Shown: in pieces, positions 22,098 to 33,692 of the stretch
Layout of the letters: the number at the start of each line of letters is the position of its first letter
Numbering within the stretch: position 1 is the stretch's first letter
NCBI RefSeq assembly: GCF_000281045.1
Contig: NW_008246072.1
Coordinates: 927,256 to 966,246, forward strand
Length of the DNA stretch: 38,991 nt
From: Saprolegnia diclina VS20
Taxonomy: Eukaryota
Direction: 5' to 3'
Position numbers and translations under genes: made by a program
Notes under the pieces: model-generated
Told to the model about the DNA's origin: nothing
The model's input: the letters and a program-made list of their open reading frames with translations, nothing else
The model's database searches: none

Positions 22098-23487
22098 ATG
22101 GACCCGGCGAAGCTCGAGGCCCAGCGCCAGCGCGCCGACGCGTACTTTAGCTCGACGCCGCCGCCATCGACGCTGCCCGAGATGGAGGCCGCGCTCGCCG
22201 ACTTTGTCGCGCACCAGCAGACCATCGGGCGCACGGTGGCGATCGTGACGTCGGGCGGCACGACGATTCCGCTGGAGAAGAACACGGTGCGCTTCATCGA
22301 CAACTTCTCGACGGGGTCGCGTGGCGCAGCCTCTGCCGAGTACGCTCTACAAAGGCCATGGCGGTACATGTGGCTCATGACGGCGTAGGTATCTCGTCAA
22401 GCTTGGGTACGCGGTCATCTTCCTGCACCGTCCGGGCTGCGTTATGCCGTTCGCCCGCCACTTTCAGGTGCGCCACCGTCCATGGTCCGTCTCAACGCGT
22501 CTTGTAGAAGGCCATGTCACACAACATGGACTTGAGCTTGCTCCAGCACATTGACGTGGCCAAAGGTACCGTCGCCATCATCCTCCATCTTCATCAGCAT
22601 ATGGGCAGATGGCAAGTCGATGGAGATTTCGAGCGACGACCGCGTCTCGCAGGCACGCTGCATTGACGCGCTCAAGAGCTACAAGCTAGCGATGCAGCAG
22701 ACGATGCTGTGCCCGGTCGCCTTTGTCTCGGTCGACGAGTACTTCTTCGCGCTTCGCGCCATTGCCGGTGCTGTCAAGCCGCTCGGCGAGCGCGCCATGT
22801 TCTACTTGGCGGCGGCCGTGAGTGACTTCTACATCCCGGCCTCCGAGATGGTCGAGCACAAGATTCAATCGACACCGTCCCACGCCAACGACGCGTTGAC
22901 GCTGACGCTGCAGCACGTACCCAAGCTCCTCGGGCTGCTCCGGTACGAGTGGGCGCCCGACGCCTTCTACGTCTCGTTCAAGGTACGTTGTTGGTACGAT
23001 CCTGCATGTAAGTATAAGAAAAACGACTAGCTGGAGACGGACGTGACGATCTTGCGTCAGAAGGCGCAGAGCTCGATCGCCAACTACGGCATGCACCTCG
23101 TACGCTCTCTACCTTGTCGCATGCGCATACGATAGGGTATTGCAATTGTAGGTGATCGCAAATGAGCTCAAGACGCGCTTCCACCAAGTGTGGCTCATCA
23201 CGCGCGATGGCGACAGCGTGCTCGAAAAGCCGGACGACGACCCGGACATTGAGCTCAGCCTGCTCAACGCCGTCGCCGACATGCACTTTGGCTTTCTCGC
23301 GCATCAACATGCGCAGCTTCCGCTGTCGCTGCCGCGTGCGACGGCCCTGCGCCTCCCCAAGCCGTGGGAAGCGCCGCTGCGCAGTGTGCAGGCGACACTG
23401 CAAGAGCACAAGGCCGAAATCGCCGGCGTCCTCCTCGGCGGCATGATCTCGGTCCTCATCAGCATGCTCCAGCGGCGAATGCTGTAG
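22098..23487 (+). CDS. PPCS: Phosphopantothenate-cysteine ligase (CoA biosynthesis) with C-terminal hydrophobic extension, 6 exons
   Basis: [64 protein letters not shown]. Introns 22340-22388, 22468-22507, 22566-22608, 22983-23030 and 23100-23151. Confidence 0.94.
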
Positions 23488-24181
23488 AATGGCCCGGGCA
23501 CCGAGCTACAAAACACGTTTTGTTTAGATCACTCTAAGTCTTGTGTATGGGATTGATACGATCGTACCAGTGCATTCAACCGCCATGTCCTGGGGATAAC
23601 GTTGGCCAGCGGCAAACTCGGGTACCTCGTCGACGACCGTCGCTTCCGTCGGCGCACGCACGCTGGGCATACGAGAGCTATGTAGCTCAACGCCCACAGT
23701 AGGTTTGGTGTCAACGTATCAGTAGCTTGGCCCGTCATCCTACCACGTTTGGGTGCTGAGCGGCTTCAACGCGGCAGATTCGACGTAAGTTGCCAGTATT
23801 GCTATGACGGGTTACGAGCAAGGTTCACTAAAATGTTGGTGTAGAAGCCTTGGCTAATGACGAAAAGTCCTAACGCAATCGCAGCACCTTCGCCAAACGA
23901 TGATGATGGCTCGCGCCGAATCCCGTGCACTTCAACTTCGTCGTATCCGGACGCTATCCGAATGCCCCGGATTCGCCGGATACTGCGGGAACGGACACTT
24001 TATGACGAATTGGGCGCGGTTCGTCATCGACGCGCACAGACTGCCACGTTTTGAGCTCGATACCACGATCATGGCGCGACGAGCACCCAAGTAGCGCGAC
24101 GACGCTGACATGCCGACCCATCTACCAACCAGCGTATCCTGGTGGTGGTGCTAGACAGTCCATACTTGCATTTCCTTCCTC

Positions 24182-27100
24182 ATGGCGACTTGTGGGCCAC
24201 GCACCGCGGACGCATTTCTGCAAGACGGCTCGGACGCCTTCCATGCGACATTGGCGGCGCAGCTCGAAGCGTCGCTCGGCAAGACACTGCCGCAGCTCGA
24301 GATTCGCTTCCAGGACCTTGCGATCGCCGCCGACGTCATCGTCGCGACCAAGGACGGCCACGAGCTCCCGACCTTGTTGAACGACGTCAAGAAGGGTGTG
24401 TTGGGTCTCTTTAGCGCCAAGCGCTCGATCCGCAAGGACATTCTGCACCCGATGACCGGCGTCTTCAAGCCGCGCACGACGACACTCGTGCTCGGTCAAC
24501 CTGGCTCGGGCAAGTCGTCGCTCATGAAGCTCCTCTCGGGTCGCTTCCCGATGCAAAAGAACATTTCGGTGGGTGGTCACGTCACGTACAACGGCGCGGC
24601 GTCCGAGGTCGTCGGCAACAAGCTGCCGCAGTTTGCGTCGTACGTGAGCCAGCGCGACTTCAACTACCCGACCTTGACCGTCAAGGAGACGCTGGCCTTT
24701 GCCCACGCGTGCAGCGGTGGCGCGGCCGTGCCTCCCCGCGTCCTCGACTCGCTCGTGCATGGCTCGCCGGAAGAGAACGCGCAGGCGAAAGCTGTGATCC
24801 AGTCCTTGTACCACGTCTACCCGGACATTATCACGCGCCAGATGGGTCTCAAGATCTGCGAAGACACGATCGTCGGCAATGGCATGCTCCGCGGTGTCTC
24901 GGGCGGTGAGCGCAAACGCGTCACAGTCGGTGAGATGGAGTTTGGCATGAAGCAGGTGTCGTTCATGGACGAGATCAGCACGGGTCTCGACTCGGCGGCG
25001 ACGTTCGACATTGTCAAGGCACAGAAAGGCATGGCCGCGTCGCTCAAGAAGACGATTGTGATTGCGCTGCTGCAGCCGTCGCCCGAAGTCTACAACCTCT
25101 TCGACGACGTCCTCCTCCTCAACGAAGGCCACGTCATGTACCACGGTCCACGCGCCTTGTGTTTGCAGTATTTCGAGTCGCTCGGCTTCAAGTGCCCGTT
25201 GCACCGCGACGTAGCCGACTTTCTCCTCGACCTCGGTACGCCCGAGCAAGACCAGTACCTCGTGTCCAACAGCGTGTACGCGCGCACGCCGCGCCTCCCG
25301 AGCGAGTACGCGGAGCTCTTCAAGAAGTCACCGGTCTACGCATCAATGGTGGCGCACCTGGCGACGCCGACGGACCCGGAGCTGGTCAACGACGCCACCT
25401 CCCACCTCGCGGCGCTGCCAGCGTATTACTTGACGTTTGGCGCCGGCACGTGGCAGCTCTTCCAGCGTCAAGCCAAGGTCTTTTTGCGGAACCGAGAATT
25501 TCTGTGGAGCCGCGCCATCATGATCGTCGTCATGAGTCTCTTGTACTCGTCCAACTACTACGACGTGGCGCCGGACGAGGTCGTGACGGTGCTCGGTGTC
25601 ATCTTTGTCGCCGTCCTCTTCCTCGCCCTCGGTCAGTTTCCGATGCTCCCCTCGGTCCTCGAAGCGCGCGACATCTTTTACAAGCAGGAGCGCGCCCAGT
25701 TCTTCACAACGTCGTCGTTTCTCGTAGCCCACGCGCTCACGCAGCTGCCGCTGTGCTTCCTGGAGACCCTCGTGTTTGGCTCGGTCATGTACTGGATCAC
25801 GGGCTTTGTCTCGGACGTGTGGGCGTTCCTTATCTACGTGCTACACCTGTTTCTGGTCAACGTTGCCTTCTCGACGTGGTTCTTCTTCATGGGCGTTGTC
25901 TCGCCCGACTTGAACGTCGCGCAGCCGCTCTCGATGATGACGATCTTGGTGTACGTCATTTTCGCGGGCTTCGTCATGGCGTCGTCCGACATGCCCGACT
26001 ACTTTATCTGGCTCTACTGGATCGACCCACTCAGCTGGTGCATCCGCGCTTTGGCCATCAATCAGTACTCGGCGTCCGAGTTCCAAGTCCCAGTCTACAA
26101 CCACATTGAGTACAAGCAGCTCAAAGGCGATACGTTTGGTAACGTCATGCTTCAGACTTTTGGCCTCAAGACCGACCGCGTCTGGATCTGGTATGGCGTC
26201 GTGTACCTGGTCTGCTGCTACTTTGTGTTCCTCGGTCTCTCGTACTTCGCGCTACGCTACATTCGATTTGATGCGATGCCTGCGACGGCTGTCGTCGACG
26301 CCACCGGCGACGATGCGTACGTTGAGGCGCCCAAGACGCCAGCCCACTCGGTTGCCATCGCCGTCTCGACACGAACAATTGCGCCCGTGACACTGGCCTT
26401 CCAAGACCTCTGGTACTCGGTGCCCAACCCGACCAAGGGTGAGCCCGACCTCCAGCTGCTCAAGGGCATCAACGGCTACGCTCTTCCCGGTACGATCACG
26501 GCGCTCATGGGTTCGTCCGGCGCGGGCAAGACCACCTTGATGGACGTCATTGCCGGTCGCAAGACGGGTGGCAAGATCGAAGGCAACATCCTCTTGAACG
26601 GGTACCCGGCCACGGACCTCGCGATTCGGCGGTCGACGGGCTACTGCGAGCAGATGGACATCCACAGCGAGAGCGCGACGTTCCGCGAGGCGTTCCAGTT
26701 CAGCGCGATGCTCCGCCAGTCGGACGACATCCCGACCGAAGAGAAGATGGCGTTTGCGGAAGAGTGCTTGGAGCTCCTTGACATGAAGGCCCTCGGCGAC
26801 AAGATCATTCGTGGCGCCTCGGTCGAGCAGATGAAGCGCCTGACGATCGGTGTCGAGCTCGCAGCGGCGCCGTCCGTGCTCTTCCTCGATGAACCGACGT
26901 CCGGTCTTGACGCTCGCTCGGCCAAGATCATCATGACGGGCATCCGCAAGATCGCGTCGACGGGCCGCACGGTCGTCTGCACGATCCACCAGCCGTCAAC
27001 CGAGGTGTTTGAGATGTTTGACTCGCTCCTCCTCCTCAAGCGCGGTGGCGAGACCGTCTTCTTTGGCGACCTCGGCGCGAAAGCGAGCCACTTGATCGAG

Positions 27101-28213
27101 TACTTTACGTCGATTCCCGACACGCCGGTGCTCTCGGACGACGCCAACCCCGCGACGTGGATGCTCGAAGTCATCGGCGCCGGCGTCGAGGCCAAGAACG
27201 CGCACCCGAAGGACTATGTCGAGATCTTCAACGCATCGGAGGAGCGCCGGTTGCTGGCCGAGGCGCTTGCGATCCACGCCAACGTCCATCCGTCGTTGCC
27301 CGAGCTCACGTTTGCCAACAAGCGCGCGGCGTCGTCCATGACGCAGTTTACGATGGTGACGCAGCGCTTCTTCCGCATGTACTGGCGCACGCCGTCGTAC
27401 AACAACACGCGCATCTTCATCTCGGTCTTCCTCGCCGTCCTCTTTGGTTTGGTCTACCGCGGCGTCGACTACACGACGTTCTCGGGCGCGACCGGCGGCG
27501 TCGGCATGATCTTCCTCACGTCCTTCTTCCTCAGCCTCATTTCCTTTGCAAGTGTAATTCCGCTTGCGGGCAAGGAGCGTGCGTCGTTCTACCGCGAGCG
27601 CGCGTCGCAGACGTACAACGCACTCTGGTACTTTGTCGCATCGACGCTCGCCGAGATCCCGTACGTGTTTCTTTCGACCTTTGCGTTTACGATCATCTAC
27701 TACCCGTTCGTCGGACTCAACGAGTCGGTGAGCGCGTGCGTCTACTACGGCTTCAACCTCTCGCTCATGGTCTTGATGAACGTCTACATGGGCCAGTTGA
27801 TGGCGTACGCGATGCCGTCGATCGAGGTCGCGACGCTTTCCGGAATCCTCTTCAACTCGATTTTTGTCTTGTTTGTGGGCTATACGCCACCGGCATCCCA
27901 GATCCCATCGGGCTATCACTGGCTGTACACGATCACGCCGCTGCGGTACTCGGTGTCGATCCTCACGGCGCAGACATTCTCCAAGTGCAATGACGGCAGC
28001 GGGCTCGGGTGCGAGGCCATGAAGAATGTGCCGCCGAGTGTTCTCGCGAGCGTTGGCGCGCCCAGCATCAGCGTCAAGGCGTACATTGAGCTGACGTACA
28101 AGATGTACTACGACGACGCACTCCGGGACATCCTCGTCGTACTTGGCTGCATTGTCCTCTTCCGCGTCCTAGCCCTCGTCTCGCTACGCTACGTCAACCA
28201 CACCAAGCGATAA
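24182..28213 (+). CDS. PDR-type full-size ABCG transporter (NBD-TMD-NBD-TMD), intronless, 1343 aa
   Basis: NBD1 GQPGSGKS / VSGGERKRV / MDEISTGLD; NBD2 GSSGAGKTT / GASVEQMKRL / LDEPTSGLD; two TMDs. Initiator-like ccatacttgcattt just upstream. Confidence 0.97.
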   Translation: MATCGPRTADAFLQDGSDAFHATLAAQLEASLGKTLPQLEIRFQDLAIAADVIVATKDGHELPTLLNDVKKGVLGLFSAKRSIRKDILHPMTGVFKPRTTTLVLGQPGSGKSSLMKLLSGRFPMQKNISVGGHVTYNGAASEVVGNKLPQFASYVSQRDFNYPTLTVKETLAFAHACSGGAAVPPRVLDSLVHGSPEENAQAKAVIQSLYHVYPDIITRQMGLKICEDTIVGNGMLRGVSGGERKRVTVGEMEFGMKQVSFMDEISTGLDSAATFDIVKAQKGMAASLKKTIVIALLQPSPEVYNLFDDVLLLNEGHVMYHGPRALCLQYFESLGFKCPLHRDVADFLLDLGTPEQDQYLVSNSVYARTPRLPSEYAELFKKSPVYASMVAHLATPTDPELVNDATSHLAALPAYYLTFGAGTWQLFQRQAKVFLRNREFLWSRAIMIVVMSLLYSSNYYDVAPDEVVTVLGVIFVAVLFLALGQFPMLPSVLEARDIFYKQERAQFFTTSSFLVAHALTQLPLCFLETLVFGSVMYWITGFVSDVWAFLIYVLHLFLVNVAFSTWFFFMGVVSPDLNVAQPLSMMTILVYVIFAGFVMASSDMPDYFIWLYWIDPLSWCIRALAINQYSASEFQVPVYNHIEYKQLKGDTFGNVMLQTFGLKTDRVWIWYGVVYLVCCYFVFLGLSYFALRYIRFDAMPATAVVDATGDDAYVEAPKTPAHSVAIAVSTRTIAPVTLAFQDLWYSVPNPTKGEPDLQLLKGINGYALPGTITALMGSSGAGKTTLMDVIAGRKTGGKIEGNILLNGYPATDLAIRRSTGYCEQMDIHSESATFREAFQFSAMLRQSDDIPTEEKMAFAEECLELLDMKALGDKIIRGASVEQMKRLTIGVELAAAPSVLFLDEPTSGLDARSAKIIMTGIRKIASTGRTVVCTIHQPSTEVFEMFDSLLLLKRGGETVFFGDLGAKASHLIEYFTSIPDTPVLSDDANPATWMLEVIGAGVEAKNAHPKDYVEIFNASEERRLLAEALAIHANVHPSLPELTFANKRAASSMTQFTMVTQRFFRMYWRTPSYNNTRIFISVFLAVLFGLVYRGVDYTTFSGATGGVGMIFLTSFFLSLISFASVIPLAGKERASFYRERASQTYNALWYFVASTLAEIPYVFLSTFAFTIIYYPFVGLNESVSACVYYGFNLSLMVLMNVYMGQLMAYAMPSIEVATLSGILFNSIFVLFVGYTPPASQIPSGYHWLYTITPLRYSVSILTAQTFSKCNDGSGLGCEAMKNVPPSVLASVGAPSISVKAYIELTYKMYYDDALRDILVVLGCIVLFRVLALVSLRYVNHTKR

Positions 28214-28327
28214 AGTGTACGACACGAAAAGCGTAGGTATGACGCATGACGTTGAGTGTGATACAACAACATATATTTTGATCTGAAATAATGCATCGAT
28301 GCTAAGTTCGTAGCCATCTCGTTTTCA

Positions 28328-31300
28328 TCGTCGGCAACAAGCTGCCGCAGTTTGCGTCGTACGTGAGCCAGCGCGACTTCAACTACCCGACCTTGACCGT
28401 CAAGGAGACGCTGGCCTTTGCGCACGCGTGCAGCGGTGGCACGGCCGTGCCTCCCCGCGTCCTCGACTCGCTCGTGCATGGCTCGCCGGAAGAGAACGCG
28501 CAGGCGAAAGCTGTGATCCAGTCCTTGTACCACGTCTACCCGGACATTATCACGCGCCAGATGGGTCTCAAGATCTGCGAAGACACGATCGTCGGCAATG
28601 GCATGCTCCGCGGTGTCTCGGGCGGTGAGCGCAAGCGCGTCACAGTCGGTGAGATGGAGTTTGGCATGAAGCAGGTGTCGTTCATGGACGAGATCAGCAC
28701 GGGTCTCGACTCGGCGGCCACGTTCGACATTGTCAAGGCGCAGAAAGGCATGGCCGCGTCGCTCAAGAAGACGATTGTGATTGCGTTGCTGCAGCCGTCG
28801 CCTGAAGTCTACAACCTCTTTGACGACGTCCTCCTCCTCAACGAAGGCCACGTCATGTACCACGGTCCACGCGCCTTGTGTTTGCAGTATTTCGAGTCGC
28901 TCGGGTTCAAGTGCCCGTTGCACCGCGACGTGGCCGACTTTCTCCTCGACCTCGGTACGCCCGAGCAAGACCAGTACCTCGTGTCCAACAGCGTGTACGC
29001 GCGCACGCCGCGCCTCCCGAGCGAGTACGCGGAGCTCTTCAAGGAGTCGCAGATCTACGGCGCCATGGTCGGTCACTTGGCGACGCCGACGGACCCGGAG
29101 CTTGTGAAGGACGCGACGTCGCACCTCGCGGCGCTGCCGGCGTACCACGTGCCGTTCGGGTCGAGCACCAAGGCGCTCGTCCAGCGTCAAGTGGCGGTGT
29201 TTTTGCGCAACAAGGAGTTTGTCGTTAGCCGCATCATCATGGTGCTGGTCATGGGGTTTCTCTACTCGACGTCGTTCTACCAAGTCAACGTCGACCAGAT
29301 CGTGACGGTGCTCGGTGTCATCTTCACCACGGTGCTCTTCCTCGCGCTCGGGCAGCTGCCGACGATCCCCGCGATCGTCGAAGCGCGTGAGATCTTTTAC
29401 AAGCAAAAGGCCGCCAACTTTTTCCGGACGTCGTCGTTCATTCTCGCGCAGTGCACGACGCAGATCCCGTTTGCGCTGCTGGAGACGGTCCTCTTTGGCT
29501 CGGTCATGTACTGGGTCACGGGCTTCACCTCGGACGTCGGCGCGTTCCTGACGTACCTCCTCCTCTTGTTTGTGACCAACCTCGCGTTCACGACGTGGTT
29601 CTTCTTCCTCGCGTCGATATCGCCCAACCTCAACGTCGCGCAGCCCGTCTCGATGGTCTCGGTGCTCTTCTACGTGCTCTTCTCGGGCTTCATCATGTCG
29701 TCATCCGACATGCCCGACTACTTTGTGTGGATCTACTGGATCGACCCGCTCGCGTGGTGCATCCGCGCCTTGGCCATCAACCAGTACGCGGCGTCCGAGT
29801 TTCAAAAATGCGAGTACAAGGGCATCGACTACTGCGCGCGCACGGGCGAGACCTTTGGCAACGCGCAGCTGCAGCAGTTTGGCCTCAAGACCGACACGGT
29901 CTGGATCTGGTACGCGGTGCTCTACCTCGCCGTGTGCTACGTCTTTTTCATGCTCCTCGCCTACGTCGCGCTCGAGTACGTCCAGTACGACACGGCCGAG
30001 CACTCGGTGGTCGTGGACGATGGCGACGACGACCAAAACGTGTGGCGCGACACGGACGGCAACAAGGCGACCAACGTGTACGTCGAGGCGCCCAAGACGC
30101 CGGCCAATGCAGTGGCTGTCACGGTGGCCAGCCACCGGTCGGTGACACCCGTGACGCTGGCCTTTGAAGACCTCTGGTACTCGGTGCCCAACCCGACCAA
30201 AGGTGAGCCCGACCTCCAGCTGCTCAAGGGCATCAACGGCTACGCGCTTCCCGGTACGATCACGGCGCTCATGGGTTCGTCCGGCGCGGGCAAGACCACC
30301 TTGATGGACGTCATTGCCGGACGCAAGACGGGTGGCAAGATCGAAGGCAACATCCTCTTGAACGGGTACCCGGCCACGGACCTCGCGATTCGGCGGTCGA
30401 CGGGCTACTGCGAGCAGATGGACATCCACAGCGAGAGCGCGACGTTCCGCGAGGCGTTCCAGTTCAGCGCGATGCTCCGCCAGTCGGACGAGATCCCGAC
30501 CGAAGAGAAGATGGCGTTTGCGGAAGAGTGCTTGGAGCTCCTCGACATGAAGAACCTCGGCGACAAGATCATTCGTGGCGCCTCGGTCGAGCAGATGAAG
30601 CGCCTGACGATCGGTGTCGAGCTCGCAGCGGCGCCGTCCGTGCTCTTCCTCGATGAACCGACGTCCGGTCTTGACGCTCGCTCGGCCAAGATCATCATGA
30701 CGGGCATCCGCAAGATCGCGTCGACGGGCCGCACGGTCGTCTGCACGATCCACCAGCCGTCAACCGAGGTGTTTGAGATGTTTGACTCGCTCCTCCTCCT
30801 CAAGCGCGGTGGCGAGACCGTCTTCTTTGGCGACCTCGGCGCGAAAGCGAGCCACTTGATCGAGTACTTTACGTCGATTCCCGACACGCCGGTGCTCTCG
30901 GACGACGCCAACCCCGCGACGTGGATGCTCGAAGTCATCGGCGCCGGCGTCGAGGCCAAGAACGCGCACCCGAAGGACTATGTCGAGATCTTCAACGCAT
31001 CGGAGGAGCGCCGGTTGCTGGCCGAGGCGCTTGCGATCCACGCCAACGTCCATCCATCGTTGCCCGAGCTCACGTTTGCCAACAAGCGCGCGGCGTCGTC
31101 CATGACGCAGTTTACGATGGTGACGCAGCGCTTCTTCCGCATGTACTGGCGCACGCCGTCGTACAACAACACGCGCATCTTCATCTCGATCTTCCTCGCC
31201 GTCCTCTTTGGTTTGGTCTACCGCGGCGTCGACTACACGACGTTCTCGGGCGCGACCGGCGGCGTCGGCATGATCTTCCTCACCTCGCTCTTTGTCGGCA

Positions 31301-31980
31301 TGATCTCGTTCAACAGCGTCATTCCGCTCGCGGGCGAAGAACGCGCGTCGTTCTACCGCGAGCGCGCCTCGCAGACGTACAACGCGCTCTGGTACTTTGT
31401 CGGCTCGACGCTCGCCGAGATCCCGTACGTGTTTGTGACGACGTTCATCTTTACGATCATCTACTACCCGTTCGTCGGTCTCAACGAGTCGGTGGGCGCG
31501 TGCGTCTACTACGGCTTCAACCTCTCGCTCATGGTCTTGATGAACGTCTACATGGGCCAGTTGATGGCGTACGCGATGCCGTCGATCGAGGTCGCGGCGC
31601 TCGTCGGCATCCTCTTCAACTCGATCTTCTTCCTCTTCATGGGCTTTACGCCGACCGCGTCGCAGATCCCGAGCGGGTACCGCTGGCTGTACACGATCGT
31701 GCCGCCCAAGTACTCGATGGCGATTCTGACGTCGCAGACGTTTGCGAAATGCACGGGCGACAAGACGCAGCTCGGGTGCCAAACGATGAAGAACGTGCCG
31801 CCGAGCATCCTCCAGCAAATGAACGCGAGCAGCATCAGCGTCAAGGAGTACATTGAGTTTACGTACGAGATGTACTACGACGACGCGCTCTTGGACATTC
31901 TCGTCGTGCTGGGCTGCATCATCTTCTTCCGCGTCCTTGCGATGCTCGCGCTGCGCTACATCAACCACACCAAGCGGTAA
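28328..31980 (+). pseudogene. 5'-truncated PDR/ABCG transporter lacking about 142 N-terminal codons, including NBD1 Walker A; the rest of the frame is intact
   Basis: Homology to the upstream gene starts abruptly at 28328 (equivalent to 24609). In-frame TAA at 28303, first in-frame ATG at 28561, and only 114 bp from the previous stop. ABCG identity is certain; pseudogene status versus assembly artefact is not. Confidence 0.7.
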
Positions 31981-32225
31981 ACAGATAGAAACTATGTACA
32001 TAAAACACACATTTTTATATCGCAAAAGGAAATGTCGATGGCCGTAGGTGGTACCGCGTCTCAAGTAGTACGAATCGTTTATTGACCCATGCTTGGACGC
32101 ACAGCAAGTCCGTCGCTGCTTGGCTGCTGCCAAGAGGACCGAGCGTTGGTTGTTGGCTTATCGCCTGGGAAGGATGATGTGTTTGTCCACTGTCTTTCTC
32201 AACAACCCACAACAGCACACTCCGA

Positions 32226-32297
32226 ACGTCAATTCTACAACCCGCACACTGGCTGCGGAACCTCCTCGAGGCTGGTCATTTGCCAATTGGCTTGATC
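32226..32297 (+). promoter_or_regulatory. Conserved ~70-bp promoter block of the small-gene family (also at ~33234-33305 and ~34886-34957)
   Basis: acgtcaattctacaacccgcacactggctgcggaacctcctcgaggctggtcatttgccaatt is nearly identical in three copies and ends in an oomycete initiator-like TCATTTGCCAATT. Confidence 0.7.
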
Positions 32298-32684
32298 ATG
32301 TCAGTGCCGCCGACGGCGTACGCCATCGCTGGAGCTTACGCTTTTCATTTCCTTTGTATCGGATGCGGCGCCTGGCAAATGGGAAGTTCGCTCGCTGAGA
32401 AGTCTACGGGGAAGGACGGAGCGCTTGTGCGTCCGCTCAAAGCGACCGCTGCTGGGATCATGACGTATGGCGCGCTTCACCTCACTGGTGACGCTGCTTT
32501 GCGTCGGTTCAAGCCTCAAACGCAATTGGGCGAAGTCGTTTTCCTGACGGTCAAGTACAATGTCTCCCAAACCATCTTGGCTGGTGCCCTCATTGCGGGC
32601 GTCTATGTCTTTCGTGTCGTGGGCACGAACATCGATCCCGAGTCGACAAGGACGAGCATGACGCGCAGTTCAGAAGACTCGTAA
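32298..32684 (+). CDS. Unknown small hydrophobic protein, tandem family copy a (128 aa)
   Basis: Homologous to three neighbours with conserved ATG position, length and stop; initiator motif tcatttgccaatt at 32276-32288. Confidence 0.8.
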   Translation: MSVPPTAYAIAGAYAFHFLCIGCGAWQMGSSLAEKSTGKDGALVRPLKATAAGIMTYGALHLTGDAALRRFKPQTQLGEVVFLTVKYNVSQTILAGALIAGVYVFRVVGTNIDPESTRTSMTRSSEDS

Positions 32685-33305
32685 TCGCGAATATCAAGTC
32701 CGTCTACTTTGCCGTCGATTGAAACAGCAAGTTGATGAAATACTATGTCCCTCGAGAGCCTTCCATGTGAGCGACCGCAAATATAGAGCCTGCAACTAGA
32801 GTGAAGTCTTTTATGGGGACGAGAACAACGCTTTAACCGACGAGATGATATATCACGGCCAAACAGTCGCCGCCGGCGCGCCACAACCAGCGTTAGTTGG
32901 GCAATGCGGTTGTTTGCAGTCGATTGGTTGATGCAATATGTTGTGGGCATCGTCGATGACGATGGTATCGTGCGTGGAAAAGACGTCGCTCTGTCATTTC
33001 GACTCGTACCCGGTGGCTTGCAGTGGGTGCTCCAACGTCGCCAGGAGTCGAATAAGCAAAACGTCCGACCCGCATAACGATACTGTAGCACGTCGACGTT
33101 GCACCGCGAGATTGCTGGCCGTGTGCAGAGCGTTGGTGGTGGTGGCTCCATCGGGCGTGAAAAATGACGGTCCTCCCTTTTGCTTTTTCTCAGCAACCGA
33201 CAACACACAAATGCAACAACCAGCACACTCCAAACGTCCATTCTACAACCCGCACACTGGCTGCGGAACCTCCCCGAGGCTGGTCATTTGCCAATTGTCG
33301 AGATC

Positions 33306-33692
33306 ATGTCAGTGCCGCCGACGGCGTACGCCATCTTTGGAGCCGTTTCGATCCTGCCGGCTCTTTGTATTGGGCAAGGCGCCTGGCAAATGGGACGTTC
33401 GCTCGCTGAGAAGTCTACGGGGAAGGACGCAGCGCTTGTGCGTCCGTTCGAAGGCCTCTTTGCTGGGATCACGACTATTGGCGCGCTTCACCTCACTGGT
33501 GACGCTGCTTTGCGTCGGTTCAAGCCTCAAACAGTAATGAGCGAGGCCATTCTCTCTGCGAGCAAACCCTACGCCTCTCAAACCATCACGGCCGGTGCTA
33601 TCATTGCGGGCGTCTATGTCTTTCACGTCGTGGGCGCATTATCCTTTGCCGAGTCGACAAGTAGTAGCATGGCGAGCAGTTCGAATGATTAG
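33306..33692 (+). CDS. Unknown small hydrophobic protein, tandem family copy b (128 aa)
   Basis: MSVPPTAYAIFG...SLAEKSTGKDAALVRP...GDAALRRFKP...AGVYVFHVVG; initiator motif at 33284-33296. Confidence 0.8.
   Translation: MSVPPTAYAIFGAVSILPALCIGQGAWQMGRSLAEKSTGKDAALVRPFEGLFAGITTIGALHLTGDAALRRFKPQTVMSEAILSASKPYASQTITAGAIIAGVYVFHVVGALSFAESTSSSMASSSND

Noticed and set aside
28189..28330. Spliced read-through fusing the two adjacent PDR genes into one giant transporter
   Set aside because: The only good donor (gtatga, 28237) lies after the stop codon at 28211-28213; no convincing donor precedes it.
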